From the NCBI GenBank assembly GCA_951406725.2, contig OX597821.1, forward strand, positions 98,952,001-99,016,000: a stretch of DNA of 64,000 bases, given 5' to 3'. The position numbers and the translations under genes were made by a program. The DNA comes from Octopus vulgaris. Taxonomy: Eukaryota. Below the pieces are notes generated by a model. That model was not told the DNA's origin, searched no databases, and saw nothing but the letters and a program-made list of their open reading frames with translations. This document shows positions 52,300 to 64,000 of the stretch, in pieces (the first letter of the stretch is position 1; each line of letters begins with the position of its first letter).

Positions 52300-53595
52300 A
52301 GTTGATATTAGTTAACCTTCTATCAATGTTATTAGATTGAGAAATCTTATCATTAATATTGCTATTTCGTTGATATTAGTATTTGTAGTGATCCGATATA
52401 TTGATTAGCATAAGAATTATTGTTATGATTACTCGATGAAATTTGTGTTTTTGTTGGGAATTGATGGTACTTATAAGCGATGGAACATATAAGCGAAGAG
52501 TTTACATATTTTACTAGTAATTAGTTTCTTCTTTATTGGGACAGTTACTCTTACAAAATAATTTAAATTATTAACGAATATACAAATAGACATTTTAGTT
52601 ACATACTTACAAATAAACTAATTGCAATTATTAAGGTATTCGTCATGTTTTTATCGTTAAATCTCTTACGTTTATCATTAGAAATTGAACTAGAGTTCTC
52701 GAGAATATTAATTTAGTTGCATAAAATAGTTATATTTTATTCTCTCATCATACCAACTTCGCCTTAATGCATCATCATTAACATTTCTTACATTAGCTGG
52801 TAGATTCGAAATCTAGGGGTAAAGATAATTAGAAACTATTAATGTTAAACTGTAAGAAATATTTCTGTTTATTTTCTGATAACACAAACCATTGTTCCTA
52901 TCCTCTAACTGATGTCACCATAGTTTGATTTACAGGGATGGTTCTTCCAAAATGTTCTTCTCATAATCTTTAATGTTAAAATGAGGTGGTCTTGGATTGA
53001 AGATTCCGTCCTATCCACTTGATTAAGATGAATAACTAAGTTGTATTACTTCTAGTTTTACTCGAAAGTATATGTAAAAGGTCAGAATGCTTAATATACG
53101 AAATCCCTATTGAAAAATCCTTCTAGAAGGCTTTTATCTAATCACAAGCCATTGCATTATCTCACCACAATTATCCCAACGGGAGAGGTTCACATAAAAT
53201 TTTAACATATTTTATCTCCTATCCTCTAACTGATGTCACCATAGCATCTCAAGCATAATTAAGAACCCTGACAGTTTATACCAACGACAAAGCTTGAAAC
53301 ACGAACTTCCAACCAATTTTAATGTTAAAATGAGGTGGTCTTGGACTGAAGATTCCGTCCTATCCACTTGATTAAGATGAATAACTAAGTTGTATTACTT
53401 CTCATTTATATTTATAAAAATACTTCGCAAGTCCTTTCATAACTTCTGTGCAATTCTTTCATCAGAAATTCATTGCGTTTGTTCTTGTTAATTGAATATA
53501 AATTTCCAGTTTTACCCGAAGGTATATGTAAAAGGTCAGAATGCTTAATATACGAAATCCCTATTGAAAAATCCTTCTAGAAGGCTTTTATTTAA
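52300..53595 (-). mobile_element. Degenerate Naiad-like PLE RT N-terminal relic, internally rearranged
   Basis: Minus strand SGKTGNLYSI..VDRTES..LTLK|DYEKN..PCKSNYGDIS parallels ADKT..FITLKDHK..INPAKSEIG. Confidence 0.5.
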
Positions 53596-53748
53596 TACTT
53601 ATTACTGAACATGTTAAAGAATTGAGCTCTTGAATTTTGTGGATATATTTTTCCAGTGCATAAGCACTAATTCAAGCCACACACACACACACACAAACGC
53701 ACACACGCATCTATACATACATATATGTGTATTTCTCTCTCTCTTCCT

Positions 53749-53793
<45 letters not shown>

Positions 53794-54701
53794 TCCCTCT
53801 CCCTCTTCAGCAAAGCCAACTCCCCAGCATCTCAAGCATAATTAAGAACCCTGACAGTTTATGCCAACGACAAAGCTTGAACCACGAACTTCCAACCAAT
53901 TTACCCGGACAGCAAAACTAGCCTCTCACAATTAATAACACTGATAATTCTGCGACCATATTCAAAATTTCCTAAATACTTTCCATATGCCAAAAATTAA
54001 TTCAAACCTCAACAATCTAGAATGGAAAGATCTAATTGAACTACAAAACGACAAAGGCCTGACAATTAAAGAAGCAGACAAAGGAAGTGTTGTATTCCTG
54101 GTGGACACAAAATACTACAAAAACCTAGTATTAGCCATGCTAGAAAGCGAAACCTCCTACGAAAATGTTGTAAACTATAAACAACAAAAAACAATGAAAA
54201 AAACCTTGCATCCTTAATTCATCTACATGGAAAAATGCCTGACAGAACAAGAATAGATTATATCGTGCTTACCTAGACTTTTTTTACAGCCTACCTAAAA
54301 TACATAAAAGCAAAATAGTTAATGAAGCCTGCAAAACATTAACCAGGCAAATACATAAATATCCTAGCGCCAGAAGATTTAAAGTTAAGACCCATTATTA
54401 GCTGGCCCAGCCTGTGAAACCCACCACCTAAGCAATTTTCTAGACATCCTACTGAAACCCTTGCTGAAATACATCAAAAGTTTCATTAGAGACGATCTAG
54501 ATATTCTTGAGCACCTACAAAAAACAACTAATGAAGAGACATTATTGGTTTCCTTCGACGTTATTAATCTTTACACCAATATCCTACATGACTATAGAAT
54601 AAAAGCAATACAACTCTGGCTGGAAGAGTGCCCCGAAGAACTACCGGAACGCATAAACCAGGTTTTTATTATGGAAACATTAAAATTTATGCTTCAGAAA
54701 A

Positions 54702-54858
54702 ATTTACATTATTTACAATTGACAAATAGTTGTCCTCATCTTGTTTGTTATTAGCACAACGTTTCGGCTGATATAGCCTCCAGCCTTCATCAGGTATCTT
54801 GGGGAAATTTTGAACCTGGGTTCTATTCGTATTTTTCGTGTTGTTGTTGTTGTTGTTA

Positions 54859-54904
<46 letters not shown>

Positions 54905-55267
54905 TAGTTTTTTTTTTTTATGGTTTTCACTAGCGCAGCTCGTCCTGTATGTGTGATTTGTTGATGCTCTGATGGTATTTGGAAAGTCATTCCTAAGGTA
55001 TTTTTCGATTGTTTCTGTTTTGTTGTTGTTGTTGTTTCTCCATTCTTTGACACGTTGTCATCTGCCGGTACTGATACATCAATTAGAAAGCATTTTTTTT
55101 CTTCATGGTCTCGACAACTATATCTGGTCTGTTGGCCTTAATTTCTCTATCTGTGTGTATCGGCATATCCCAGAGTATGGTTGCTTTCTCGTTTTCTGTG
55201 ACCTTTTCTGGTGTGTGCCTATACCATCTTTTTTCTGTTGTTATTCCATAATGTTGGCATAGTTAAT

Positions 55268-55326
<59 letters not shown>

Positions 55327-55472
55327 ATCACTGCCTGAAATCGAAATCGGAATCTTGAGGTTAGTAGCCCGCACTCTTAACTCCTACGCCATATGCCCGT
55401 GAGTGTAGTAGTTAAGAGCGCGGACTGCTAACCTCAAGATTCCGAGTTCGATTCCAGGCAGTGACCTGAATA

Positions 55473-55515
<43 letters not shown>

Positions 55516-55707
55516 CAACAACAACATCGAAAAATACCTTAGGAATGAGAACCCAGGTTCAAAACTTCCCCAAGACACCAGATGAAGGCTGGAGGGTATA
55601 TCAGCCGAAACGTTGTGTTAGCAACAAACAAGATGAGGGTAAATATCCGTCAATTGTAAATAATGTAAATAATGTACATAATTCCTCATCTCTTAAATAT
55701 AGAACTG
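54702..55707. mobile_element. Head-to-head dimer of a tRNA-head/(AAT)n/HHR-tail element
   Basis: tRNA-like heads 55322-55400 (-) and 55401-55470 (+) with B box gagttcgattcc; tails 54702-54850 (-) and 55525-55707 (+) with HHR-like motifs at 54753-54798 and 55574-55619. Confidence 0.8.
54901..55263 (-). mobile_element. R4/Dong-like RLE + 3' end fragment nested in the (TTA)n of the dimer
   Basis: WYRHTPEKVTENEKATILWDMPIHTDREIKANRPDIVV..FLIDVSVPAD. Confidence 0.8.
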
Positions 55708-57284
55708 TATTATTCAGAACAATTATTTCCTATTTGACGACACGTACTATTGTCAAAAATGCGGAATTGCGATGGGAACGAAAGCAGCTCCTGTTCTTGC
55801 GAACCGAATAATGGGATATTTTGAATTCACCATATATGAAGTGTCACAGCAAAAATATGGACATCCATTTCACCATTATATAAGAGAAAACTGGAATTGG
55901 AATGAGACCCTTGATAAACTTTTGGAATTTAAATCAATTCTCAATAATATAAACTCTAACATTCAATTTACAATGGAATATAGCAAAGAACAACTCCCTT
56001 TCTAAGATATTATGATAAAAAAAGTCAACAACCAAATTGTAACTGACATTTATCTTCTGTTTAGCTCATGCCACTCGAAACACATCAAAAGGAATAACCC
56101 CTTTCATTTATCAAAAAGGATTTGCACAATAATGTCAGATGGAAATACCCAGGACCTCAGTCTTCAAGACCTCAGAACAACACTAACTGAGAGACAATAT
56201 CTACCCTCACTTATAGACGATGGAAATAAGCATGCTAAGAAATTAGGCATTAAATTAGGCACGTTGTGTAGTAACACTACACCACATCTCAAAACACTAA
56301 CATATAATATCAACGCACAAAGCTAGAAACAATGAGGCATACAACACTATTGTACAAAATCTACCTATGCTCACTAGGGATCCAAAAATGAACAACATTC
56401 TGAAAATACATAAATTCATCAAATGCAAAAACCAACACAAATCTCTGAAAAGACTTCTGATAGACGCGAAACTTTACCAACAACTACGAAACAAAAGGTT
56501 TTAAAATGTGTACGTCCAAACTATGGTACACGCCCCAACCTGCAGGAAGGCTCGGAATTCCTATTCAAAAAAGAAGAGAGATTCACAATTAAAATAAACT
56601 TCACTTGTGCCTCCGAGAATTTAATTTATATTATAACTTGCTCAAATCTTGGGCATAGCTATATAGGATAGGCAGGTATGGTACTTAGACGGAGATCTAC
56701 ACTATATAAGGAACAGATCTGTTTACCACAGTACAGATAGATTCCTTTGAGTGACCACATAGAGAGATGTGCAGGTAATATCCAACCAAAATTCACAGTT
56801 TTCCCCATCTACCTGTGCAAAGAAACAATTTCTGTACAAGAATGTTTAGATAAAGAAAATTTGTTTATCGAAAAATACAGAACACGCCTAAATATGAACG
56901 CATAACCAACTTTGATCTCGGTATATATTTTAATTCATGTTCACAAACACATCACTGTAAATATATCATCTCAATACTTTAGCTTTTCGTTTCTGTATAT
57001 TTATTTACCCACTCCCTCACAAGGAGCAATTACCTCCCTTGTCTGGAATGATAACGATCACCAAATACCTCCCCTTAGATTTTTCTATTTGTTAATTCAT
57101 TTCATTCACAAACCCCCATACACAGCATGGATTAAAATCTTCTTAAGAAAGTACGAAATTACAATAATTTCAATGTCATGATTAGCGAAAGCGAAGCAGG
57201 TCGACAAACACAGTGCTCTTTCACTAATTACATATATTTAAAAATATATTAAACTATGTAAACTGTCTGCATTTTCCTTATTTT

Positions 57285-57287
<3 letters not shown>

Positions 57288-57368
<81 letters not shown>
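57288..57368. repeat. (TA)n microsatellite
   Basis: Seen directly; one of many in the window. Confidence 0.95.
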
Positions 57369-57602
57369 ATTCGTTCAACTATTTTTTAAAGTTGAAATCC
57401 GAAAGTTAGACATTATTAACACCACGTGATTGTAGAATTTATTTTTCTTAGTTAAGTTATATGAAAATAGATATCATACTGCTGGATAATTGAAATACCT
57501 TGAAACAGCCGACTATTTGAGTTCTCGGAACCTACATTTCCATGTTTATTGTAATATTTCTTCATGTTTATTTGAAATAAATCACTAACCACCTTTAAGT
57601 AA

Positions 57603-57973
57603 TCTCTCTATATATAAACGGCAGTTTGTCTGTGTGTGTTTCTGTGTGTCTGTCAGGTTGTACCCTCACCCTGACCACGGCTTTTAACCGATTCTGATGA
57701 AACTTGACACACACATAGCCCAATGTCATAATTCAAAACTAACGCAGCGAAAATTTTGAAAAGTTCCCCCAGTTCTGAAAAGAATCGATAAATTCGACAT
57801 GGGGTCGAGAATCAGAAACACAAACCACAGACTGTCTAGGGGACGCAACTCGACCTTTTTAACTAAAAAAAAATTTACCATCATTTTTGTTCCATTTTTT
57901 GGCTATAACTCTCTAAAAATGCTTTATAGTTATTTCCATTACAAACCCGAGCAAGGCCGGGCGATACTGCTAG
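57603..57973 (+). mobile_element. Non-autonomous Helitron
   Basis: A|TCtctctatatataaa ... cccgagcaaggccggg hairpin, cgatactgCTAG|T; no TSD. Confidence 0.9.
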
Positions 57974-58143
57974 TTGAATATAAACTGAACTAAATATATT
58001 TTCTTCACAATCTATTTTCACACTGAAATCGAATATAATTATTCAGACTAGAAATGTTTAGCGATCATGAGTCCTAGTATTGGTACTTCGATTTAACTGA
58101 AATTTTTCCAGCACATTATACTCCATATACGAATTTACACACA

Positions 58144-58201
<58 letters not shown>

Positions 58202-59625
58202 CCAATATACACTCGCGCACGCACACACAGATGCATGCAAAATAAATTGAGTCAAATTAACAACTTACACACCAAATACTTCATTATTGGTGACTCCACC
58301 CATATACTTCGACCAACTGGTAATAAGTGGTTCGATGCTATTTAAATGGAAAAGCTCACGAAAGATTTTTAATACTTTTACCGATTGCAATTCATTCATC
58401 CTTGATACACGTTCTGAATGAATATAAACTTTCATTTGAAAATATTCGTGGTCAGTCCTTTTAAGATATTGCCCTTTTTCGCGGGTTGGTAAACCTCACC
58501 CAAGTTTTTCAGGGCTCCAAAAATGTTGATGCGCCACTGGCTAAATACAATAAAAAGATAGATGAAAAGACAGAAGGTAGATATAAATAACTGAAACTTA
58601 TGGTACGAGTAAAAGGAGTCTTTGTGGAATGTGAAGCAGATAATATTTTGTTATTAAATAAAAGATCAACAAATATTAAGTTGTATGGATGATTAGGTAA
58701 GCAAGACATATCAATAAATGACTTAAACCAACATGGATTATAATTATGACTAATCTTCTGTATTATCATTCACAGGGTCAATCACAGAGAAAGTCAAATC
58801 ACAGAGAAAATGCAATCATAATGATTTTTAAACGTTTGCAAAAGCAAATTCAAAGATTCATTATAAAGGATTTGGTTACATGTAACTAAGACGGGTGGGC
58901 ATTAGTGGACGGGTGGCTGTGCTGTATTTTGAAAACTGTTGATTAAACATAATTTAAACATAATTTAAACGTCACTTGTTTCTGATTGACGTTCAATTAC
59001 ACTAAGTTTATTTAAGATGTTGACAGTGTAAGATACTCGGTTTTTTCATAGATACTATGTCGTACTGATTCCTATACAGTTCTCATTTCTTCCAATATTC
59101 ACATCACACTTACATGAATAATTACATGTTTACTTCGCAAGTTATATGCATGTGATTCCATGAATATCGATTTGCCAATGAGCATGTATATGTATATTTA
59201 TATATATATATAAAACATTTGAGTTACATCGTAGCTTGCAGTCCCTAACAGGTTTTTCGTTGAGAGCGGTTTTTCCTATTTCTTTATCATCAAAAGTAGA
59301 ACCTTGTGTATTGCAATATCCTTCTGTTACAACCTACTCAAACATTGCATTGAAATATGTCCATCGCTTGTCTAAATAAAAACCCCATTATTAAATAGTC
59401 TTCTATAAATGGTACATAAGTAAAAGAACCAAAGGAATATCGAGCATAATGCTCCATTTTCTTTGGTTATACCTTAAGAGAAAATGGAATTGGTATTTAC
59501 TTCAGATAAATTTCCTTTCAAGTTCCACCAATCGAAAACTGAAATTGATCTCTACACAACACTTACTACCACTATATTTATCACATAAATTTATAAAAGA
59601 CTTCAACAGGCGTAGCTATGTGGAA

Positions 59626-59784
59626 GGCGCATGCGTGGCTGTGTGGTAAGAAGCTTGCTTCTCAACCACATGGTTCCGGCTTCAGCCCCTCTGCGTGGCA
59701 CCTTGGGCAAGTGTCTTCTACGAGCCGACCAAAGCCTTGTGAGTGGATTTGGTAGACGGAAGCTCATCCTGTGTATGTGTGTGT

Positions 59785-59857
<73 letters not shown>

Positions 59858-60180
59858 TATTTGTCCCCTTAACACCGCTTGACAACCGGTGTTTGCATAT
59901 TTTCGTCCCCGTAACTTAGCGTTTCGGCAAAAGAGTGCGATAAGATAAGTACTAGACTTTTTAAAAAAGTCCTGAGGTCCTGTGTTTAGCCCCTTGTGGG
60001 CAGTAAAGAAATAGGTATTTCGTCTGTCTTTACGTTTTGAGTTCAAATTTCGCTGCGGTCAACTTTGCCTTTCGTCCTTTCGGGGTGGGTAAATTAAGTA
60101 CCAGTTGGGTACTGGGTCGATCTAATGGAGTGGCCCCTCTCCCCCAAAATTTCAGGCCTTGTGCCTAGAGTAGAAAAGAA
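59626..60180 (+). mobile_element. SINE family A (59626-59975) fused to SINE family B pieces (59978-60180)
   Basis: Matches to both family sequences. Confidence 0.8.
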
Positions 60181-61024
60181 TATATACAAACAAGTTGCAC
60201 AAGTGACTTCAACAGTGACACACACACACACATCAATACACACTCGCGCACACACATAGATACACATACACACAAATAAAAGGCAATGAATGTGTGTGTG
60301 CGAGTGCGCTCACTGACAAACCTGTTCACTGACAAAAATCCATGCTTACAGGTCGCGGTCTTAAAGCGACGAAAATATTTTGATAAATTAAACTTAAATG
60401 TTGAAGTGAATCGAACGGCTTTTGTGTGTTTCTTAAATGGCTTACAAACACCTTCCACGCTGCAATTGTCTAATATAGAAGATATACAACAAAAGCGATT
60501 GCTAAAGTGAAATTATTAGATAGATAAATCCTAATTATAGTACAGTTTTCTTCTCATCATTTATTAAATAAATAAAGTAAAGTAAACTTTGTATCTTGCT
60601 AAAAAAAAATGCTTCATTTACACAAATTCATTTAAAAAAATTCTCTCGTGTTAAATATAACAGTGTTGTAGAAACATAACAGCGTTGCATCGATGAACTT
60701 TATTTACAAATGAAAACGACAGCATAGAATCACACAAGAGTGTGACTGATTTTCCAGCAATGTTCTTAGAGGTTTGGCCATAACTTCTGAAATGGGGGTG
60801 GGGGTGGCAAAATAACCCAAATCTCACAAAATTAACAACTACTAAGAAGCGTTGACACTGAGAACCACAAGTATACACACGCATTCCCATACCCACATAT
60901 ACGCTCATGTACGAACGCACACATACACACATACACACATATCAATATTATAAACATCAGGTCACGTGATAACCTTTTCGGTTTGTAAGAACGACTTCTG
61001 TCACAAAATCAATTAACCAGTATA

Positions 61025-61411
61025 TGGAAGCACTCCGTCGGTTACGACGACGAGGGTTCCGGTTGATCCGAATCAACGGAATAGCCTGCTCGTGAAATTA
61101 ACGTGTAAGTGGCTGAGCACTCCACAGACACGTGTACCCTTAACGTAGTTCTCAGGGATATTCAGCGTGACACAGAGAGTGACAGGGCCGGCCCTTTGAA
61201 ATACAGGTACAACAGAAACAGGAAGTAAGAGTGAGAGAAAGTTGTGGTGAAAGAATACAGCAGGGATCACCACCATCCCTGCCGGAGCCTCGTGGAGCTT
61301 TTTTAGGTGTTTTCGCTCAATAAACACTCACAACGCCCGGTCTGGGAATCGAAACTGCGATCCTATGACCGCGACTCCGCTGCCCTAACCACTGGGTCCT
61401 TGCGCCTCCAC
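61025..61411 (-). mobile_element. Full-length SINE family C with 13-bp TSD
   Basis: Reverse complement of 8577-8958; TSD attaaccagtata at 61012-61024 and 61412-61424. Confidence 0.9.
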
Positions 61412-61853
61412 ATTAACCAGTATAGCGAGAAAAACAATGGCGCATATAAAATTCTAACATAACTTTCTTGACTTATGGAAAAAAATAAGTGAGCGCTTCA
61501 AAGTTGGCAATAAATTTTGCTCTTTGATTGATTTCCTTGATACGTTTCAGAAAACCAGTATGTAGACCAGCCATCACCGACGCATTATCATATGCTTGCC
61601 CTTTACAATTTTGAATATCAATTCTGTCTTACCCTATATTTTCCAAAATCATTGTTGAAATATTCTCGGCGGTTTTAACTTTTTTCATTGAAATCAACAA
61701 TTGATTCCACAATCTCATCTTTATTTTCACCGATCATAAAATAGCGTAAAATTGGGTTTGTTTGATTCTTATAAGGAGGGATATCAAATATCATGGAAAA
61801 GTACTTAGCTTCTTTTACTTGTTTGATTACTTTACCTCTTACGTTCTTTCCTA

Positions 61854-62201
61854 ACGTATATTTGCCATTTAAATATGGCTAACCCCTAAGGGTGGATGCT
61901 ACTGTAGTTTATAGCCCCAGGAGGACACCTCCTCCAGCTGGCTTTAGACACACTTTCTGTGCCCTATCAATATTTGCAAAGGGAAGCCATCCTTTCAGTC
62001 TTCAACTTATGATACACATGGACTCGAGTTTCTGAGTATCAGAAACTCGAGTCCGTGTGTACCATAAGTTGAAGACGGGAAGGATGGCTAGGGCACAGAA
62101 AGTGTGTCTAAAGCCAGATGGAGGAGGTGTCCTCCTGGGGCTACAAACTACAGTAGCATCCACCCTTAGGGGTTAGCCATATTTAAATGGCAAATATACG
62201 T
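61854..62201. repeat. ~348-bp imperfect palindrome
   Basis: Arms match except one ~20-bp indel; centre gactcgagtttctga-gta-tcagaaactcgagtc. Confidence 0.95.
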
Positions 62202-62234
62202 CACGATGTGTTGCAGCTACTGTTTATACCTGGT

Positions 62235-63216
62235 TCAGAGATTTATTATTGTTCTTTCCTAAGATTCCTATAAACTCATTCTGAATAGTAGAAAACAGAA
62301 AGGAAATAGCAAATATGTTTCCCAACTGAACTGAGCACGAAGCATTGGATCAAAATGTTGTCAGCAAATGAACTGGCTCTAAAAAATTTCCTGTTTTCCA
62401 TTGCTTCAGTTTCAACATTAGTCTCAGTTCGCTCTTTCTCGGTGTCCTCGTAAAACCAAATTCTGTTAAGCTAGAAATCTGATAATATCAAGTAGGTTGA
62501 AAGGATCTCTTTCCACTTTTTCACTTGGCATTCAACAACTTATTATTTTTTTTTTTTTGCTTTTGCTAGTTTTTAACTAATTGTTGCCTCCACAATCCCA
62601 GTTCCAACTCCTTTTATTGTGTAAAATTCCAAATGTGAATTGCACTAGATTCATTTTCAGACATTCTCGGATTCAGTTTCCACCATACTTTGAATCCAGG
62701 CTCAGAATTAAATTTCGTGTCACTTCTGTCTGAAAACAATTTGCAATAAAAGCAATAAAGAACTTCATTGGAAGGTGAGTACGACATCTATGATTGCAAA
62801 ATCATTTCGCCATTATGAAGAGTCTGAAAAATTGGTTATGTATTAGTCTTTTAGTATTAGTATTTTAGTATGACTCTTTGATTGAAACACATTGGTGAAT
62901 AACTTCACCAAAACCATAATCTGGATTTTGAACCTTGAAGTACCAGAAAATTCCGTGTCATTGCTAATCTTGGTTGGCCATGAGCCAACGTTTTTTATAT
63001 CTTCTCTGTTTCCACAGATGATTCTCTCTTTCTCTTTTACTTGTTTCAGTAATTTTACTGCGGCCATGCTGGAGCACCGCCTTTAATCGAGCAAATCGAC
63101 CCCGGGACTTATACTTTGTAAGCCCAGTACTTATTCTATCGGTCTCTTTTTGCCGAACCGCTAAGTGACGGGGATATAAACACACCAGCATTGGTTGTCA
63201 AGCAATGCTAGGGGGA

Positions 63217-63282
<66 letters not shown>

Positions 63283-63926
63283 CATATATACGACAGGCTT
63301 CTTTCAGTTTCCGTCTACCAAATCCACTCACAAGGCATTGGTCGGCCCGGGGCTATAGCAGAAGACACTTGCCCAAGATGTCACGCAGTGGGACTGAACC
63401 CGGAACCATGTGGTTGGTTAGCAAGCTACTTACCATAGATGATTGTGAAATGTTTTTTTCTCTATCGACTATTTTGTTTCCCATGATTGTCATTTTCTAT
63501 CTTCTGTGAAAGTGTGTCGCTAAAAGAGAGATATTGTAATTTAAATCATTTGTCTAATGCATTAAGTAAACGCAAAAGATCTTCCACCTATTACATAAGC
63601 TAAATATCACTGAAACTCTTCAGCTTAGAGCTGTGTTTAGACACAGCAGTAAGTAAATTACTTTAAAAAATGTTAAAAATTTTTATAGGTAGCAAAAATG
63701 TTTCTGTTATCAATTTATATGACAATGGTTGACTGACTACCTACCCGAATACATACCATAGTTAAAGTTACTTTAAATCAAAAACTGAGTAGTGTCCCGA
63801 TATCAAAAAAACATTTTAATTTCAGTACAGCCTATATAGGCTTATAAAGCAGACTAAGAAGTGTCGCTTCCAAAAAAGCATCGCCCGGGCAGGCCACCCT
63901 TCCTCATCTCTTAGCTACGCTACAAT
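62235..63926 (-). mobile_element. hAT transposon 5' part (ZMYM1/DUF4371-like, TTF-type finger), interrupted by a SINE
   Basis: Minus strand SYSPSNEVLYCFYCKLFS, GFKVWWKLNPRMSENE, LLDIIRFLA*QN, RGHRE, GNFLE, IQNEFIGILG; terminus resembles CAGTGGCGTAGCTA near 63910-63926. Confidence 0.75.
63024..63436 (-). mobile_element. SINE family A
   Basis: Family match. Confidence 0.9.
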
Positions 63927-64000
63927 GTAAACATAAAATAATGCTAAATGTTTTTTTGTTTTTTTTATACTTATAGCGCAATTTCGTCTCATCATTTAGT

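Larger units (their letters stand above)
53980..56905 (+). mobile_element. Penelope-like element (RT + GIY-YIG), Neptune-like, interrupted at 54702-55707
   Basis: IKEADKGSVV, LPKIHK, VSFDVINLYTNI, QKCGIAMGTKAAP, IQFTMEYSKEQLPF, LIYIITCSNLGHSYIG; the RYLDD segment is deleted. Confidence 0.9.

Noticed and set aside
55322-55470. Pair of genuine tRNA genes
   Set aside because: Acceptor and anticodon stems pair poorly and there is no oligo-T terminator; treated as element heads.

Overview
AT-rich, microsatellite-saturated animal DNA. The tRNA-derived SINE families and the (TA)n/(CA)n/(TAA)n load point to an Octopus genome (inference). No host protein-coding exon could be identified, and nearly all long ORFs are microsatellite artefacts or transposon relics. 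Main content: (1) a near-complete but pseudogenised Helitron Rep-helicase (2.8-7.4 kb) with N-terminal 23-aa STPR-like repeats, plus several non-autonomous Helitrons; (2) Penelope-like element (PLE) relics of two types; (3) R4/Dong-like RLE retrotransposon relics next to (TAA)n/(TACA)n, and a 4x251-bp tandem array spaced by (TTA)n; (4) RTE LINE, Tc1/mariner, hAT and pogo relics; (5) at least three SINE families. The most interesting signal is a set of small non-coding elements carrying minimal hammerhead-ribozyme (HHR)-like motifs, often arranged as inverted dimers or palindromes. One of them fuses a tRNA-Arg-like Pol III head to an HHR tail and is inserted as a head-to-head dimer into a PLE (54.7-55.7 kb), a candidate PLE-mobilised SINE/retrozyme. 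All motif and structure calls were made by eye and boundaries are approximate.
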